Virus record (IMG/VR): IMGVR_UViG_3300032093_000121
Span: 62-64,061 of that record
Length of the DNA: 64,000 nucleotides
Reading direction: 5' to 3' (one strand)
From: a virus
Taxonomy: Duplodnaviria > Caudoviricetes
In this document: positions 53,894-63,886 of the stretch, piece after piece
Layout: every line of letters starts with the position of its first letter
Numbering within the stretch: the stretch's first letter is position 1
Translations under genes and position numbers: made by a program
Notes under the pieces: model-generated
What the model saw: the letters and a program-made list of their open reading frames with translations, nothing else
Told to the model about the DNA's origin: nothing
The model's database searches: none

Positions 53894-56002
53894 TTACGGA
53901 GCGACGTAGCCCTGAGCGTTGACACGGACAGTACCAGCCACAGAAAGGTTGACGTTCAGGGCAGTCGCAGCCGTCGTGACAAGTTCTGTCGGGAACTCGA
54001 AAGTCACCGGAACGTTCACTGGAAGTGTCAAACGCCAGCGTTCAGTCGCACCGTCAAGAATGATCAGCTCTGTGGTAGCCGCTCCAGTGTTGATTGCCTG
54101 AAGAGCAGTGATGTGGTTCTTGAGACCAGCAGCAGCAGCGGCCTTGATAGCGACAGCGGTCGTCGTCGTGAGGGCAGCTGATCCATTCCACCCTGCTTCA
54201 GGAAGAGCATACGGCTTCATGATCGCTGCGCCGATCATTGTCATCAGCTGGGCAACAAGATCGCCAGTTGCTGACATAGCAGCGATGTTGGCGTTCGAAG
54301 CTCGGCCACCGACAGCGACAGGGTTCGGCATGGCAGCATCAACAGCAACAGTTCCACTGACACCAGTAGAAGTCATTGTGACAGCTGGAGTTCCCTGAAT
54401 ACGGACAGGAGCAGCACCAGCTTCATCACCGTTCGGACGCTGAAGGAATTCAACACGCTCACGAGCGAAATTGAAAATACGAATGAACGAGATGCGAAGA
54501 TCAGTTCGTTTGATGATCGCGCCACCACCATTCGTCGGACCGAAGTTTGCTGGAGCGACAGTCGTTCCAATCGGTTCGAGTTCGAGCGAAGTGGTAACGA
54601 TATTGCGAACTCGCCAAGCTCCATCAATACCGAGCGAAACGCCAGTGCCATCGACGGCTGCACCGTGAACGTTCACATAGTCGCCAATCAGGAGACCAGA
54701 CCATGCCGCGCTGCCGACGAGAGTCAGAATTCCAGAAGCGACAGTCGCAGTGGAAATGGCCTGAGCAATTGCGCCCAGAGCGGAGTTGAGGTTGTTACCC
54801 TGAACTCGAGAAACGAAGCCACCGTAGGATGTCGCTGTGACAGCAGAACCCCAGATCACAGTGAAAGTGGTCGCATCGACAATAGAAGCAACAGCAGTCG
54901 CAGCAGTGAGGTTTGCAAAGTTCGTTTGGTCACGAACACCATAAGCAGTGATTACATCACCAGTCGTGAAGCCATGAGGAACATCAGTCACAACTGTAGC
55001 AGTGGTCGTACCACTTTTCGTGACGCTGACGATCCGTGCATTCGGGACAGTGAGACCCTTGTTGTTCGTAGCACGAACTCGCAACTTGTATTTCTTCTCA
55101 GGATCAGGAATAACCTGAGTACGGGTGACACGAGCGTTCGCAGCAGCAAGAGTGTCGACAGGAGCGTCAGACCACTGAATACGATCGGCCATCATCGCCA
55201 GACGATATTCATCAGTTGGCTGGAAGGCATAGGTGTTCGCAGCGTTGATTGCTTGAATAGAAGCAGTCGTTAGAAGAGTTACAGAATGGTTTCCGCCAAC
55301 TGTACCACCACCGACATGATTGTCACCACCCTTTGATTTCACATAGAAGCTGGCCTGAGCAGCATTCGCTTGCTCGAAGATCATGCTCGTTCCGTTCGGA
55401 GCATAGCCCATTGCCGAACGAAGATATACGAAACCAGAGGTGAGAGGACCAGCAGTGACAGAAGGAATCGTTCCACCAGGACCAGCAGTCGCCGTGAACT
55501 GATTCGCTGTCGGGATCGTTGCGACAACCAGAGAAGGATAATTGAAACGACTGTCGCTCACTCCGAAGATGCCAATTCGCATCCCAGGTTTCAAACCATG
55601 AGGATTCGTTGTGTTGACAGTCAGCGTCGTAGTCGCTTGGGAAATTGACGAGATCGCAAGATCTGTGAAAGCTGTCAAAGGAGCCTCAGTCGACACAAGT
55701 TCGAAAGAGAATTCCTGGCCAAGAGTTCGCTGCGACATGTGAAGTCCAGCAGCGAGATCAAACGACATATCGAAAGCAGATACTGTCTCAACTTGCGACA
55801 CAGAGCCAGCGGAGAGCGGATCTTTCGAAATGACGAGGTACGACGCTCCGAGAGAGTTACCATCAAGAGCGATGATATCGCCGGAAGCCTCGGTCTCAGT
55901 CCAGATCGCTCCTGGGGTGAAATCTTCAAACGCTTCACGGAACTTTCCATAGACATTGAAAGATTTGACCGGAAGCGGATTGGTATCAGTGATGACTGTC
56001 AT
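53894..56002 (-). CDS. Virion fibre/decoration protein with three beta-barrel repeats
   Basis: T..PHGL.PG..I.I.GV-type repeats; Thr/Ala/Gly-rich. Confidence 0.7.
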   Translation of the reverse strand: MTVITDTNPLPVKSFNVYGKFREAFEDFTPGAIWTETEASGDIIALDGNSLGASYLVISKDPLSAGSVSQVETVSAFDMSFDLAAGLHMSQRTLGQEFSFELVSTEAPLTAFTDLAISSISQATTTLTVNTTNPHGLKPGMRIGIFGVSDSRFNYPSLVVATIPTANQFTATAGPGGTIPSVTAGPLTSGFVYLRSAMGYAPNGTSMIFEQANAAQASFYVKSKGGDNHVGGGTVGGNHSVTLLTTASIQAINAANTYAFQPTDEYRLAMMADRIQWSDAPVDTLAAANARVTRTQVIPDPEKKYKLRVRATNNKGLTVPNARIVSVTKSGTTTATVVTDVPHGFTTGDVITAYGVRDQTNFANLTAATAVASIVDATTFTVIWGSAVTATSYGGFVSRVQGNNLNSALGAIAQAISTATVASGILTLVGSAAWSGLLIGDYVNVHGAAVDGTGVSLGIDGAWRVRNIVTTSLELEPIGTTVAPANFGPTNGGGAIIKRTDLRISFIRIFNFARERVEFLQRPNGDEAGAAPVRIQGTPAVTMTSTGVSGTVAVDAAMPNPVAVGGRASNANIAAMSATGDLVAQLMTMIGAAIMKPYALPEAGWNGSAALTTTTAVAIKAAAAAGLKNHITALQAINTGAATTELIILDGATERWRLTLPVNVPVTFEFPTELVTTAATALNVNLSVAGTVRVNAQGYVAP

Positions 56003-56208
56003 GGCGCCCTCATATAGAGTTTTTGCGACGACAGCAGATCATCAAGATAAGCATCTTGGAATTTGATGCGCTCGTAGACAACGCCGTCGATGATTTTCTG
56101 AGAAAGCTCGCGAACGACTCTTTTCTCACGATTAGCATAGAGCGCAGCTTGAAGACGCGCTCTTACCCGAGGATCAGGATCATTCAATCGTGCGTAACGG
56201 GCCATCAC
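55999..56208 (-). CDS. Hypothetical protein
   Basis: ATGA coupling to the next gene. Confidence 0.5.
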   Translation of the reverse strand: MMARYARLNDPDPRVRARLQAALYANREKRVVRELSQKIIDGVVYERIKFQDAYLDDLLSSQKLYMRAP

Positions 56209-56225
56209 CCTGATCCTCGGTTAAG

Positions 56226-56942
56226 TTACTTCATAAGAGGGCGATTCGGCCGATTCACGCCGCGAGTGGTCTTACGAGCCATCGCTGCATCAAGAGGAGA
56301 ACGACCTTCCAGTTCGCTGGGCTTGAGACCCTTCAAGACGGACTGACGAATACCCATACGTTCTGCACGAGCACGAGTCTGCGCTTCAATGTAAGCACGA
56401 GTCGCATCAGCATCCGAAGTGTTCGGGTACTCTGCTTTGATCCGCAACTTCACATAAGCAGAAGCAGTCTTGAGAGCAGCAGCCTGCTCCTTCAGTTCGT
56501 CCTGCTTTGTGGAATTGCGAGAAAGCTCTTCCTTGAGGCTGGCCTCGATATCTTCGAGGTCTTCCTTGTCCTGACCGTTCAGCCAAGCCAGGAATTCAGC
56601 AGCATTGAACTTCGTGGGAACAGAGACAGGCTCAGATTCAGGTTCAGGTTGAAGATCAACTTCTTCCTTGCCATCGTCACCCTCAGTCTCACCCTCGTTG
56701 AGCTCAGGATCGCTGAGATCCTGTTCCTGCTCCTGATCGGTGTCATCTTCATCGTCGACACCCTTTTCGGCCTTCTCACGATTGAAGTCCGGTGCCGCGT
56801 TGACGATATCTTGACGAGTGATCTTTTCGCCCAAGAGAGCAGAAACACTCTCAACCTTCGGAGCGCCATCAGCAGTCCACTGATCATCGTCCAGCGGATC
56901 GAGCTGAGCCAGCACTGCCTTGATCTTGTCGTTGTCAGCCAT
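56226..56942 (-). CDS. Head-region protein with an acidic linker
   Basis: LDP..D.QWT.DG.P N-domain; AAGGAG SD. Confidence 0.7.
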   Translation of the reverse strand: MADNDKIKAVLAQLDPLDDDQWTADGAPKVESVSALLGEKITRQDIVNAAPDFNREKAEKGVDDEDDTDQEQEQDLSDPELNEGETEGDDGKEEVDLQPEPESEPVSVPTKFNAAEFLAWLNGQDKEDLEDIEASLKEELSRNSTKQDELKEQAAALKTASAYVKLRIKAEYPNTSDADATRAYIEAQTRARAERMGIRQSVLKGLKPSELEGRSPLDAAMARKTTRGVNRPNRPLMK

Positions 56943-56953
56943 GCTGGTTCTCC

Positions 56954-57475
56954 TTAGTCATCGCCGAGAATGACGTAGACCAGAGTGATCTCGCCGTTCG
57001 CAGTGAGGTTGACGGTCTGGGAGTCACCGATGTCAGCGGCGTCAATCAGAACGTTGAGGTTGACCTCGAGGGATCCGTCAGTGTTGTCGAAGATCGCCTG
57101 AGTCGCATTCGCTGCACGAGTGCGAGGAGAGACTTCTGCAACAGCGACAGTGGTCGCAGTCGAGGGGATGATGTCCACTTCGTTGCCTGTCAAGCTGACA
57201 TCAGCAGTCGGGTTCGTACCGACAGAGAAGTCACCGTTCCAGGTATCGATGAGGTTTGCGTCTGCACCAGAACCTGCAAGAGAGATGTAGGCGAGAGCGC
57301 CGAGGAACAGAATGTTACCTTCGGGGAAGTCACCGACAACGACAGTGCCGAAACCAGCAGCAGTCGTGACGGAAGTTACAGGAACAGTCTGATTTCGAAT
57401 CACGACTGTCTGCTTGATGATCTCCTGTGCCTGTGCAGCACCCCGAGACATCGAGCGGGGAAGACCCTTACCCAT
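56954..57475 (-). CDS. Capsid decoration / structural protein
   Basis: Directly after the MCP; beta-rich. Confidence 0.65.
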   Translation of the reverse strand: MGKGLPRSMSRGAAQAQEIIKQTVVIRNQTVPVTSVTTAAGFGTVVVGDFPEGNILFLGALAYISLAGSGADANLIDTWNGDFSVGTNPTADVSLTGNEVDIIPSTATTVAVAEVSPRTRAANATQAIFDNTDGSLEVNLNVLIDAADIGDSQTVNLTANGEITLVYVILGDD

Positions 57476-57498
57476 GATGTTGCTCCTTTCGTGAGCTT

Positions 57499-57527
57499 TG
57501 AGGGAGGATCGGGTAGAGCCTCCCTCA
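57499..57527 (-). terminator. Hairpin after the major capsid gene
   Basis: TGAGGGAGG...CCTCCCTCA. Confidence 0.55.
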
Positions 57528-57544
57528 GTTTCGGGATGCGAGGC

Positions 57545-58603
57545 TTACGCTTCGCGAGTCACGAGGCGAGCAAACTTGATCTGCTTGCGTTCGCTGTAGA
57601 CGCGGTTCCAAGAAGCCGCTTCGTCCAGGTCAGCGCCAGCCGTACCAGTGTTCGCAGGACCACCGTTCGGAGGAGTGCCGATGAAGGCGTGACCGACCGG
57701 ATGGACAGCCCATTCGACGCGAGAGTACAGGACTTCCTGACCGCCACCGTTGCCGCCACCAGCCTTGCGTTCGACTTCCGTCGGAACCTTGGGAGTGCCG
57801 ACACCGAGACGAGTGGAGCCACCACCGAAGAGCCACGTGTCGTAGACGTTGCCGACACGAGGAACGTTATCATCGACGATGACTTCGCGACCCAGGAACG
57901 TCGGAATGTTGACGCGACCCTCAGAGTCAGGAATGAAGTCGATGAGGTTGTTCTTCTGCATCCGGTTGTAGACGACCGAGTGGGCGACGACAGCGGTGAG
58001 ATCTTCCATCGAGTCGCCCATCGTGAGCGAAGCATCAAGGAAGGCCTCAGCAGAGAAGTTGGTCACACCATCGACGAACGCGCTGCCGGAGATGTTGTTC
58101 ACATAGTCACCAGCATCGTTGGCGACGTTGTCAGCGATGACACCGTTCCAGGTTGCGATGAAAGCGGCCTGAAGACGACGAGTCCAGTAGAAAGCGACGC
58201 GGTCAGCGATTGCTTCCATGGGATCCTTGCCAGCAAGCGAAGCAGCAAGGTCAGAGCTCGACCAGGAATTGTTGCGGCTCAGACGAACTGCGATTTCCTG
58301 GGCCGACTGGATCTTCAGCGGGTTCGGAGGACGAGCGACGCCGCCAGGAAGCGAAGCATCGGCATCTGCGAACGGCACCGAGGTATCCGTGGAGACGCGC
58401 TCAGCATCATTGTCCAGATCGCGGAACGACGGGACGTTGAAGGTGAGACCACCACCAGTCAGGAGGTTGTCCATCGCAGCGTCACGGACCGCGAGGCCCG
58501 ACTGGATGATACGAGCCTTCTGCTCGGTGAGTTGCTGGACGTAGGGAGTGAAAATCTGGGGGACGACGACGTCTGCCACCCGAGTCATGGGTCCGGTTGC
58601 CAT
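57545..58603 (-). CDS. Major capsid protein
   Basis: T...DV.VP..F.PY, P.F.DL, DL...LAG.DPM..I, HS..Y, HP.G..F, W.RV...K.I. Confidence 0.9.
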   Translation of the reverse strand: MATGPMTRVADVVVPQIFTPYVQQLTEQKARIIQSGLAVRDAAMDNLLTGGGLTFNVPSFRDLDNDAERVSTDTSVPFADADASLPGGVARPPNPLKIQSAQEIAVRLSRNNSWSSSDLAASLAGKDPMEAIADRVAFYWTRRLQAAFIATWNGVIADNVANDAGDYVNNISGSAFVDGVTNFSAEAFLDASLTMGDSMEDLTAVVAHSVVYNRMQKNNLIDFIPDSEGRVNIPTFLGREVIVDDNVPRVGNVYDTWLFGGGSTRLGVGTPKVPTEVERKAGGGNGGGQEVLYSRVEWAVHPVGHAFIGTPPNGGPANTGTAGADLDEAASWNRVYSERKQIKFARLVTREA

Positions 58604-58703
58604 TGAATTCTCCTTTCACATGGCTGGTTCAGGGAAAATCCGACAGCAGAACCCACGTTCATGGTCGGTGATGTGAAGCCCCTGCTCCACTGGGATTTGA
58701 ACA

Positions 58704-58738
58704 CTTGCACCATACGCTAAATCGGAGCATGGTGCAAG
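58704..58738 (-). promoter_or_regulatory. Capsid promoter overlapped by a 10-bp inverted repeat
   Basis: TTGCAC-N17-TATGGT within CTTGCACCAT-N15-ATGGTGCAAG. Confidence 0.55.
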
Positions 58739-58751
58739 CGATATTTTTACC

Positions 58752-59597
58752 TTACTTTTTGGGAGACGGCTTCTGTCCGCCAACCGTCGTGCCAGCAGCT
58801 TTCGCGAGCTTGGACACGAAATCGTGACCCTTCTCAGTCAGCAGCTTGCCTTGTTCAGTCAACGACCAGTGCTCAGCCGAGAACGGGTTGTTCCCGGAAT
58901 AGCCAGTCCCACCATTTCCGCCGCCAGCGCCACCGCCGACACTCTCCGGCCACCAATGGGGACGGAGCTTCTGCATTTCCTTGGTCCATTCCTTGACACT
59001 GAGCCCAGGAGTGAGACCGTCAATTCCGGCCTTCGTGACGAGCTTGCCATCGGCGTCTTTTTCAAGCATCACCGAAGCAGCCATCTCCATGTCGGGGATA
59101 GCAGTGACATGAACCTTGGATTCAGTCGCAGCAGCGCGAACAGCATCGTTGCGATCACGAGCTTCCAACTGGCCTTTGAGAGCGTCACGCTCTTTCTCGG
59201 CGTTGGTCTTCTCGCCTGTGAGAGTTTCAATCTGGCGCTGAAGAGGACCGGTCTTCTGGGACAGACGCCCTTCGACCATTTCGTTCAGCTTCGCTTCATC
59301 GAGCTTTCCGCCAGCAGCAGCCTCGAGCTCCTTGATCCGATCCAGTTGGGAGAGGACCTCATCGGCCTTCAGCTCGCCCCACGGTTTCAGTGCCTCACGC
59401 GCCTTGGCGTGATCTTCACGTTCCTTGCGGAGCGCTTCCTGCACCGTCGAGACATCCTTCTGGGTCTTCATGCCGGTAACACCTGACAAGATCACCTTGC
59501 CGTCCGAGCCGACTGTGAAGAGTTCGTTGAACACGGCGTCACTGCGAAATGCTTCAGGCAGTGCGTCGCGATTATCGTATTGGAGTTCGATTGCCAT
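58752..59597 (-). CDS. Scaffold protein
   Basis: Coiled coil, PHWWP.S.GGGAGG, NPF...WSLTEQG; between portal and MCP. Confidence 0.8.
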   Translation of the reverse strand: MAIELQYDNRDALPEAFRSDAVFNELFTVGSDGKVILSGVTGMKTQKDVSTVQEALRKEREDHAKAREALKPWGELKADEVLSQLDRIKELEAAAGGKLDEAKLNEMVEGRLSQKTGPLQRQIETLTGEKTNAEKERDALKGQLEARDRNDAVRAAATESKVHVTAIPDMEMAASVMLEKDADGKLVTKAGIDGLTPGLSVKEWTKEMQKLRPHWWPESVGGGAGGGNGGTGYSGNNPFSAEHWSLTEQGKLLTEKGHDFVSKLAKAAGTTVGGQKPSPKK

Positions 59598-61100
59598 CTA
59601 TTTGGTTTCCTTCTTTGTCGGGTCACCCGACTTTTTATCCGAGGGACCATTCCCTGGATCTTGTTGTGGAGCTCGGTCTCCGCTCTCGCTACGCTTGAAC
59701 GGACCTTTCTCCTCTTCCTTGGCTCGCTTCTCTTCTTCTTCGAAGGTGAGCTTGGTCAGGCCACGATCAACAGCAACCTGATGAAGCGAGCGGGCTGAAA
59801 TCGGGTAACCCAGATTCCGCGCCGTTTGCATTTCGACCATATTCTGGCCAGTGAGAGAGTGATCACCGAACTCGAGGTTAGGTTCAACCTGAACTTCTTC
59901 AGGATTGGCTCCAACCCATTCAGCACAGACACGCAAAATCTGCTGAAGACCAGCCGCCCCTGTCAGAGCAATCTGGTTCAAGTCAGCAGTACGAGCAGCG
60001 ATACGAATATTCAAGCTCGTGCCTGACTCGCGCTCGCGTGACACAGTGTCGAGTGACTGAGCGCCCATCGAACCAGCAATTTTGCGATCATTTTCGAGAG
60101 ATTCACGTTGCTCGGACAGACCATCGCTCTCAACACCGATATATTTCGCATCGCCACCCATCGGGACTTCAATGCGAGAGCCAGCTCCAGTGCGAATTGT
60201 CTCGCTCTCATCTTGGGCACCACCGACAATGACCAAAGTGTCCTGTCCCTGCATGAAAAGGTTCTGCCGATAGTCAGCCTCACCACGATAAATCGTCATG
60301 CAGAGGTTGCCGAGGTCCATCAACGGAGGTTCATCGGTATCAGAAACCAGATCAGAGGCATTGATGATGACAAAAGGAATCTTGCTGAGAGTTTTTCCAC
60401 GAATACTCGCGGCTGTCAACTTGTTCTCTTCAAAAGCTGGCGACTTTTCTTCAAAGACGCCGAATTTATATGCACCCTGAGGCTCATTCTCGTCAACAGT
60501 GCCAAGAATGAGCACACGATACTTCTCTTTGATCTGCCATCCGAACGAAAGATTGGAACGCTCGTACTCGCTCTCATCAAGAACGACGAAATTCAGAACC
60601 TGAGGAACCAGACCATTGACAGTTCCGTCATCCCAATTGATTAATCGCTCAGCTGAATAGGAGGCGATATATGGGAGAGGGTCAGAGGTCTTCGTTGCAA
60701 TGTCAGCGAGGAGACCTATACGACCAGTCAGGAGCTGTTCCTGATTGATCCGGCGAAGAAGCTGAGGCATTGTCTCGCCCTTGGACGAGCGGATATTCTC
60801 GAGTTCCTTCGGCAACTTGATCTTCGGTGGCTGCGAGTGCATCATACCGATAGCAGTCTGCACCGCCTCACGAACAAAGTTCGGGAAACGAGCTCTCTTC
60901 AGGTAGGCTTCATAAGCGAGCCATCCCGGCTGAGTGCTTTGCTGCATCCCATCGGCGATCTGACCAGAAGTCGCAGGAAGATAAATGGTCCGCTTGCTCT
61001 TGACCTGCCGCTCTCCTTGATACGCATCGCGCATCTGCACCCAATTATCCCATTGGATGGAATACTCCGGATGTTTTGAGGAAAGGTCAGTAGTGCTCAT
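59598..61100 (-). CDS. Portal protein (DUF4055-like)
   Basis: HPEY, W..MRD.Y.GE..VK, YL.RA.F.N, IPFV, PPL..L, Y...ADY. Confidence 0.9.
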   Translation of the reverse strand: MSTTDLSSKHPEYSIQWDNWVQMRDAYQGERQVKSKRTIYLPATSGQIADGMQQSTQPGWLAYEAYLKRARFPNFVREAVQTAIGMMHSQPPKIKLPKELENIRSSKGETMPQLLRRINQEQLLTGRIGLLADIATKTSDPLPYIASYSAERLINWDDGTVNGLVPQVLNFVVLDESEYERSNLSFGWQIKEKYRVLILGTVDENEPQGAYKFGVFEEKSPAFEENKLTAASIRGKTLSKIPFVIINASDLVSDTDEPPLMDLGNLCMTIYRGEADYRQNLFMQGQDTLVIVGGAQDESETIRTGAGSRIEVPMGGDAKYIGVESDGLSEQRESLENDRKIAGSMGAQSLDTVSRERESGTSLNIRIAARTADLNQIALTGAAGLQQILRVCAEWVGANPEEVQVEPNLEFGDHSLTGQNMVEMQTARNLGYPISARSLHQVAVDRGLTKLTFEEEEKRAKEEEKGPFKRSESGDRAPQQDPGNGPSDKKSGDPTKKETK

Positions 61101-61186
61101 ACCATGATTCCGAACCCTGAGGGATTATGAAAAACGACAATACAGTACCGACGGAACTTTGGCAAGGGTAAAGTTTCGTCGACACG

Positions 61187-62695
61187 TTAATAGTGACCAG
61201 TCGTCGACCCACTGCTCGTCATCATGCCAGAAAAGCGAACACGATACCGAGTTTCGTCAGCAGTGTGATCTTCAGTCTCTGTGTTGACATCATCCGGATC
61301 ATCCTCATCTCTGGGCAGCACTGGCACTGTCCTGATCCAGTTGTCACAGGTATCGAAGATGAACAATCCTGGTCGTTCACGAGGCCCAAGAGGAGAGGGA
61401 GACGCGTTCTTGAGCATCCGGCGCATTTGGTCCCAGCCAGTTACTCGAGAGCCAGCTCGTTTGTCGGCGGGAACCCATTTCACTCCCTTGTAGACGACAC
61501 CATCATCCATGCGGACACGGTTGATCATATCGGTCGCGATGCAGTTGCCATTTTCAGCACTGAAGATCTGGCTGTCGGCCACTCCGGGTTTCACTCTGCA
61601 CCAAGTCGGGTTCGTTGGATCTCGCCAGCCCCATTTGACCTCTCGTTCCACGATACCGCGAGCAATATCTGTCGCGAGGATGCGGAGCCCTTCATTGGGC
61701 TTCCCTGTCCAACCATACCACTCGGCCACTCGGAACAGATCTCCACGGACAGTCGAGCGGAAGCGACCATCCGGAAGGCGAACGTCCTCGCCGTTGCTGA
61801 CTGCCCACCATCCAACTGAGAATGGTTTGGATGAGCCCCAATCGAAGGATCTGTCGATCCTCCAATTTGGTGGAATAGCGAACGGCTTGACGATATTGTA
61901 GTCTGCATCCCAGACATCGTCGAACATGCCGCCGCTGACGATGTCCCACGAACCTTCGAGCCATGCCTTCTTCTCAGCTTGGTTACGAGCGGAAGCAGCC
62001 AGCTTGCTGATGTAATCAGGATCGCTCTCGAGCAGGATCTTGTTCTCGTCCAACCGACTGAAGATCGAGAGGCGAGCTGGCTGGAGCCGACCCTCCTCGT
62101 CAACGAGGTCCTTGCGGACCTTCATATTCAATCGGTCAGGCAGGAAGCGGGCCTTCACCCAATTGTGTCCAGGGCCATACGGGTTCGTCGTCGCCCGAAC
62201 CATACGAGGCATCCCAGGAGTGGAAGAACGGCAGCACGAGAACATTCGCTTGAAGCCCTCGTCAGTAGCCCAATTGCAGAGCTCTTCCCAGCCGATCCAG
62301 GGATACTCGTGACCGTGATAGTTCCAGTAGTCGTCAGCCTTCTTGAACTGACGGAGCAGAAGCTGTTCTCCAGTCGGCCAAGTCCACACATGCTCCGAGT
62401 GATTGAACTTCGCCTGAGGCCAGATCTGCGGGAACCATTTCTTCGTCTTCGTGATAACGTCCGTCAGCTGCTTGTATGTCTGCCGGAACAGAATGCCCTT
62501 CCAAGCCGAGCCAAATCCTCGCCCTGTGAACATGCCAAACGACATGAGCAGACAGTCCGTCTTGCCGCCGCCTCGGGTTCCCTGATACAAAACCTCAAAG
62601 ATAGGATGAGAGGCGAGGAAGGCTTCCTGACTCCCAGCCTGTGGTCGCCAAATGACATTTGTCGGATACGGGAGTGTCTGTGCGTGAATGCTCAT
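61187..62695 (-). CDS. terL: Terminase large subunit
   Basis: GTRGGGKT, IGWEEL, TTNPYGPGH.WVK, FDWG.SKPF, EDH.ADE.RY. Confidence 0.95.
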   Translation of the reverse strand: MSIHAQTLPYPTNVIWRPQAGSQEAFLASHPIFEVLYQGTRGGGKTDCLLMSFGMFTGRGFGSAWKGILFRQTYKQLTDVITKTKKWFPQIWPQAKFNHSEHVWTWPTGEQLLLRQFKKADDYWNYHGHEYPWIGWEELCNWATDEGFKRMFSCCRSSTPGMPRMVRATTNPYGPGHNWVKARFLPDRLNMKVRKDLVDEEGRLQPARLSIFSRLDENKILLESDPDYISKLAASARNQAEKKAWLEGSWDIVSGGMFDDVWDADYNIVKPFAIPPNWRIDRSFDWGSSKPFSVGWWAVSNGEDVRLPDGRFRSTVRGDLFRVAEWYGWTGKPNEGLRILATDIARGIVEREVKWGWRDPTNPTWCRVKPGVADSQIFSAENGNCIATDMINRVRMDDGVVYKGVKWVPADKRAGSRVTGWDQMRRMLKNASPSPLGPRERPGLFIFDTCDNWIRTVPVLPRDEDDPDDVNTETEDHTADETRYRVRFSGMMTSSGSTTGHY

Positions 62696-63090
62696 TCGTC
62701 TTTCCTAAATCCGAAGTACATGTGACGACGAGTTCTCATGAACCTCGCGTACGATACTTGTTTCTTGTTCGAAGAATCCAGAACTCGTCCAGCTTCAACG
62801 ACGATCGCGTGGTATCCTCCACGATTGTTCACACTTGGAACAGAGGCGATGAAAGGCTGCTTCACCGGAATAGGACGTCTCGTACGAAGACGACTGTAGA
62901 CCCTCATGTCAAACTCGTATCCGAGATCGTACAGAAGCTGAGCGACGTCCATGCCATACTTCCCGTTCGGCTTGAACCCTCTCTGCTTCGCAACCTTCAA
63001 TACTCGCGAGTATGGTATCCTCGTGACCATCGCAACCGAGGCGATAGAGCAGTCGTTTGTGAATCTCATCTTTACGAGGCGAGTCATCAC
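62692..63090 (-). CDS. C39-like cysteine peptidase
   Basis: NDCSIASVAMV, YHAIVV, VLDS (Cys-His-Asp). Confidence 0.65.
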   Translation of the reverse strand: MMTRLVKMRFTNDCSIASVAMVTRIPYSRVLKVAKQRGFKPNGKYGMDVAQLLYDLGYEFDMRVYSRLRTRRPIPVKQPFIASVPSVNNRGGYHAIVVEAGRVLDSSNKKQVSYARFMRTRRHMYFGFRKDE

Positions 63091-63317
63091 ACCTCGCGTC
63101 CAAGAATATGGTCTCGGGCTTTCTCAATCAACCAGAGGGAGTCTTTCCGCTCCATCCGAGAGGAGCGAAGAATGAAGTTCCCTTCGGCATCTTCAAACAC
63201 GATCAGCACCGAGGTTGGAGCCTCTCGAGCAACGAGTCCGAGGGCTTCCTGAACCGTCATTCTTTCATGACCACCAAGTTCAACCAACTCTGCTTCTGTC
63301 TGTCTTTGCCCCATAAT
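63087..63317 (-). CDS. Hypothetical protein
   Basis: GAGGG SD before MGQRQ. Confidence 0.55.
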   Translation of the reverse strand: MMGQRQTEAELVELGGHERMTVQEALGLVAREAPTSVLIVFEDAEGNFILRSSRMERKDSLWLIEKARDHILGREV

Positions 63318-63494
63318 CAAACCCTCTCGTTTGACTATGGATGATTTCACAGATCAGACGTTCTTGCAAGCACGAATATTCGGCTGTCCGAGCCCAAGAG
63401 AGGAGGAAGGATCCCTCCGAGGAAACTCCGGAAAGGACCGACCGCGCGCCTCTGGTTCTCAAAAAGGCTGGTAGCTCATCTTCTCATCTCATTT

Positions 63495-63776
63495 TTAGCT
63501 ATTCGCAATCCTAAGGAGCGTGTCCGCATGGCAACGGGAGGGGGAGCACCAGCAAACGAGATCTTTGCCTCTCAACTCTCGCTGGGCATCTCTGATCATC
63601 GCAGGGTCGGACATGATCATCTGCTCATGGAGCGCGATCACTTCGTCGCGTGAACCATCACGACCAATCTCGAACAAGTTTCCCCACTTACTCGGCCTTC
63701 CCACGTAGACACTGTTCGGTGGGAACTTGCCGACTTGCTTTGCGTTGAGTACGCGAGGAGGATTCTCATTCTGCAT
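63495..63776 (-). CDS. DUF4326 protein
   Basis: VYVGRPSKWGN.F, LRGKDL.CWC.P..CHAD.L. Confidence 0.88.
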   Translation of the reverse strand: MQNENPPRVLNAKQVGKFPPNSVYVGRPSKWGNLFEIGRDGSRDEVIALHEQMIMSDPAMIRDAQRELRGKDLVCWCSPSRCHADTLLRIANS

Positions 63777-63886
63777 TTTGCGAAGCCCTATCGTTCTTTA
63801 TTGCTGTCCAGGTTGATGGGCACGGGACCACTCCCGGTGGCCGTCCCTCGACGGCCGTTGATGGGGTGGGGTGGGGGGGAGGGACC

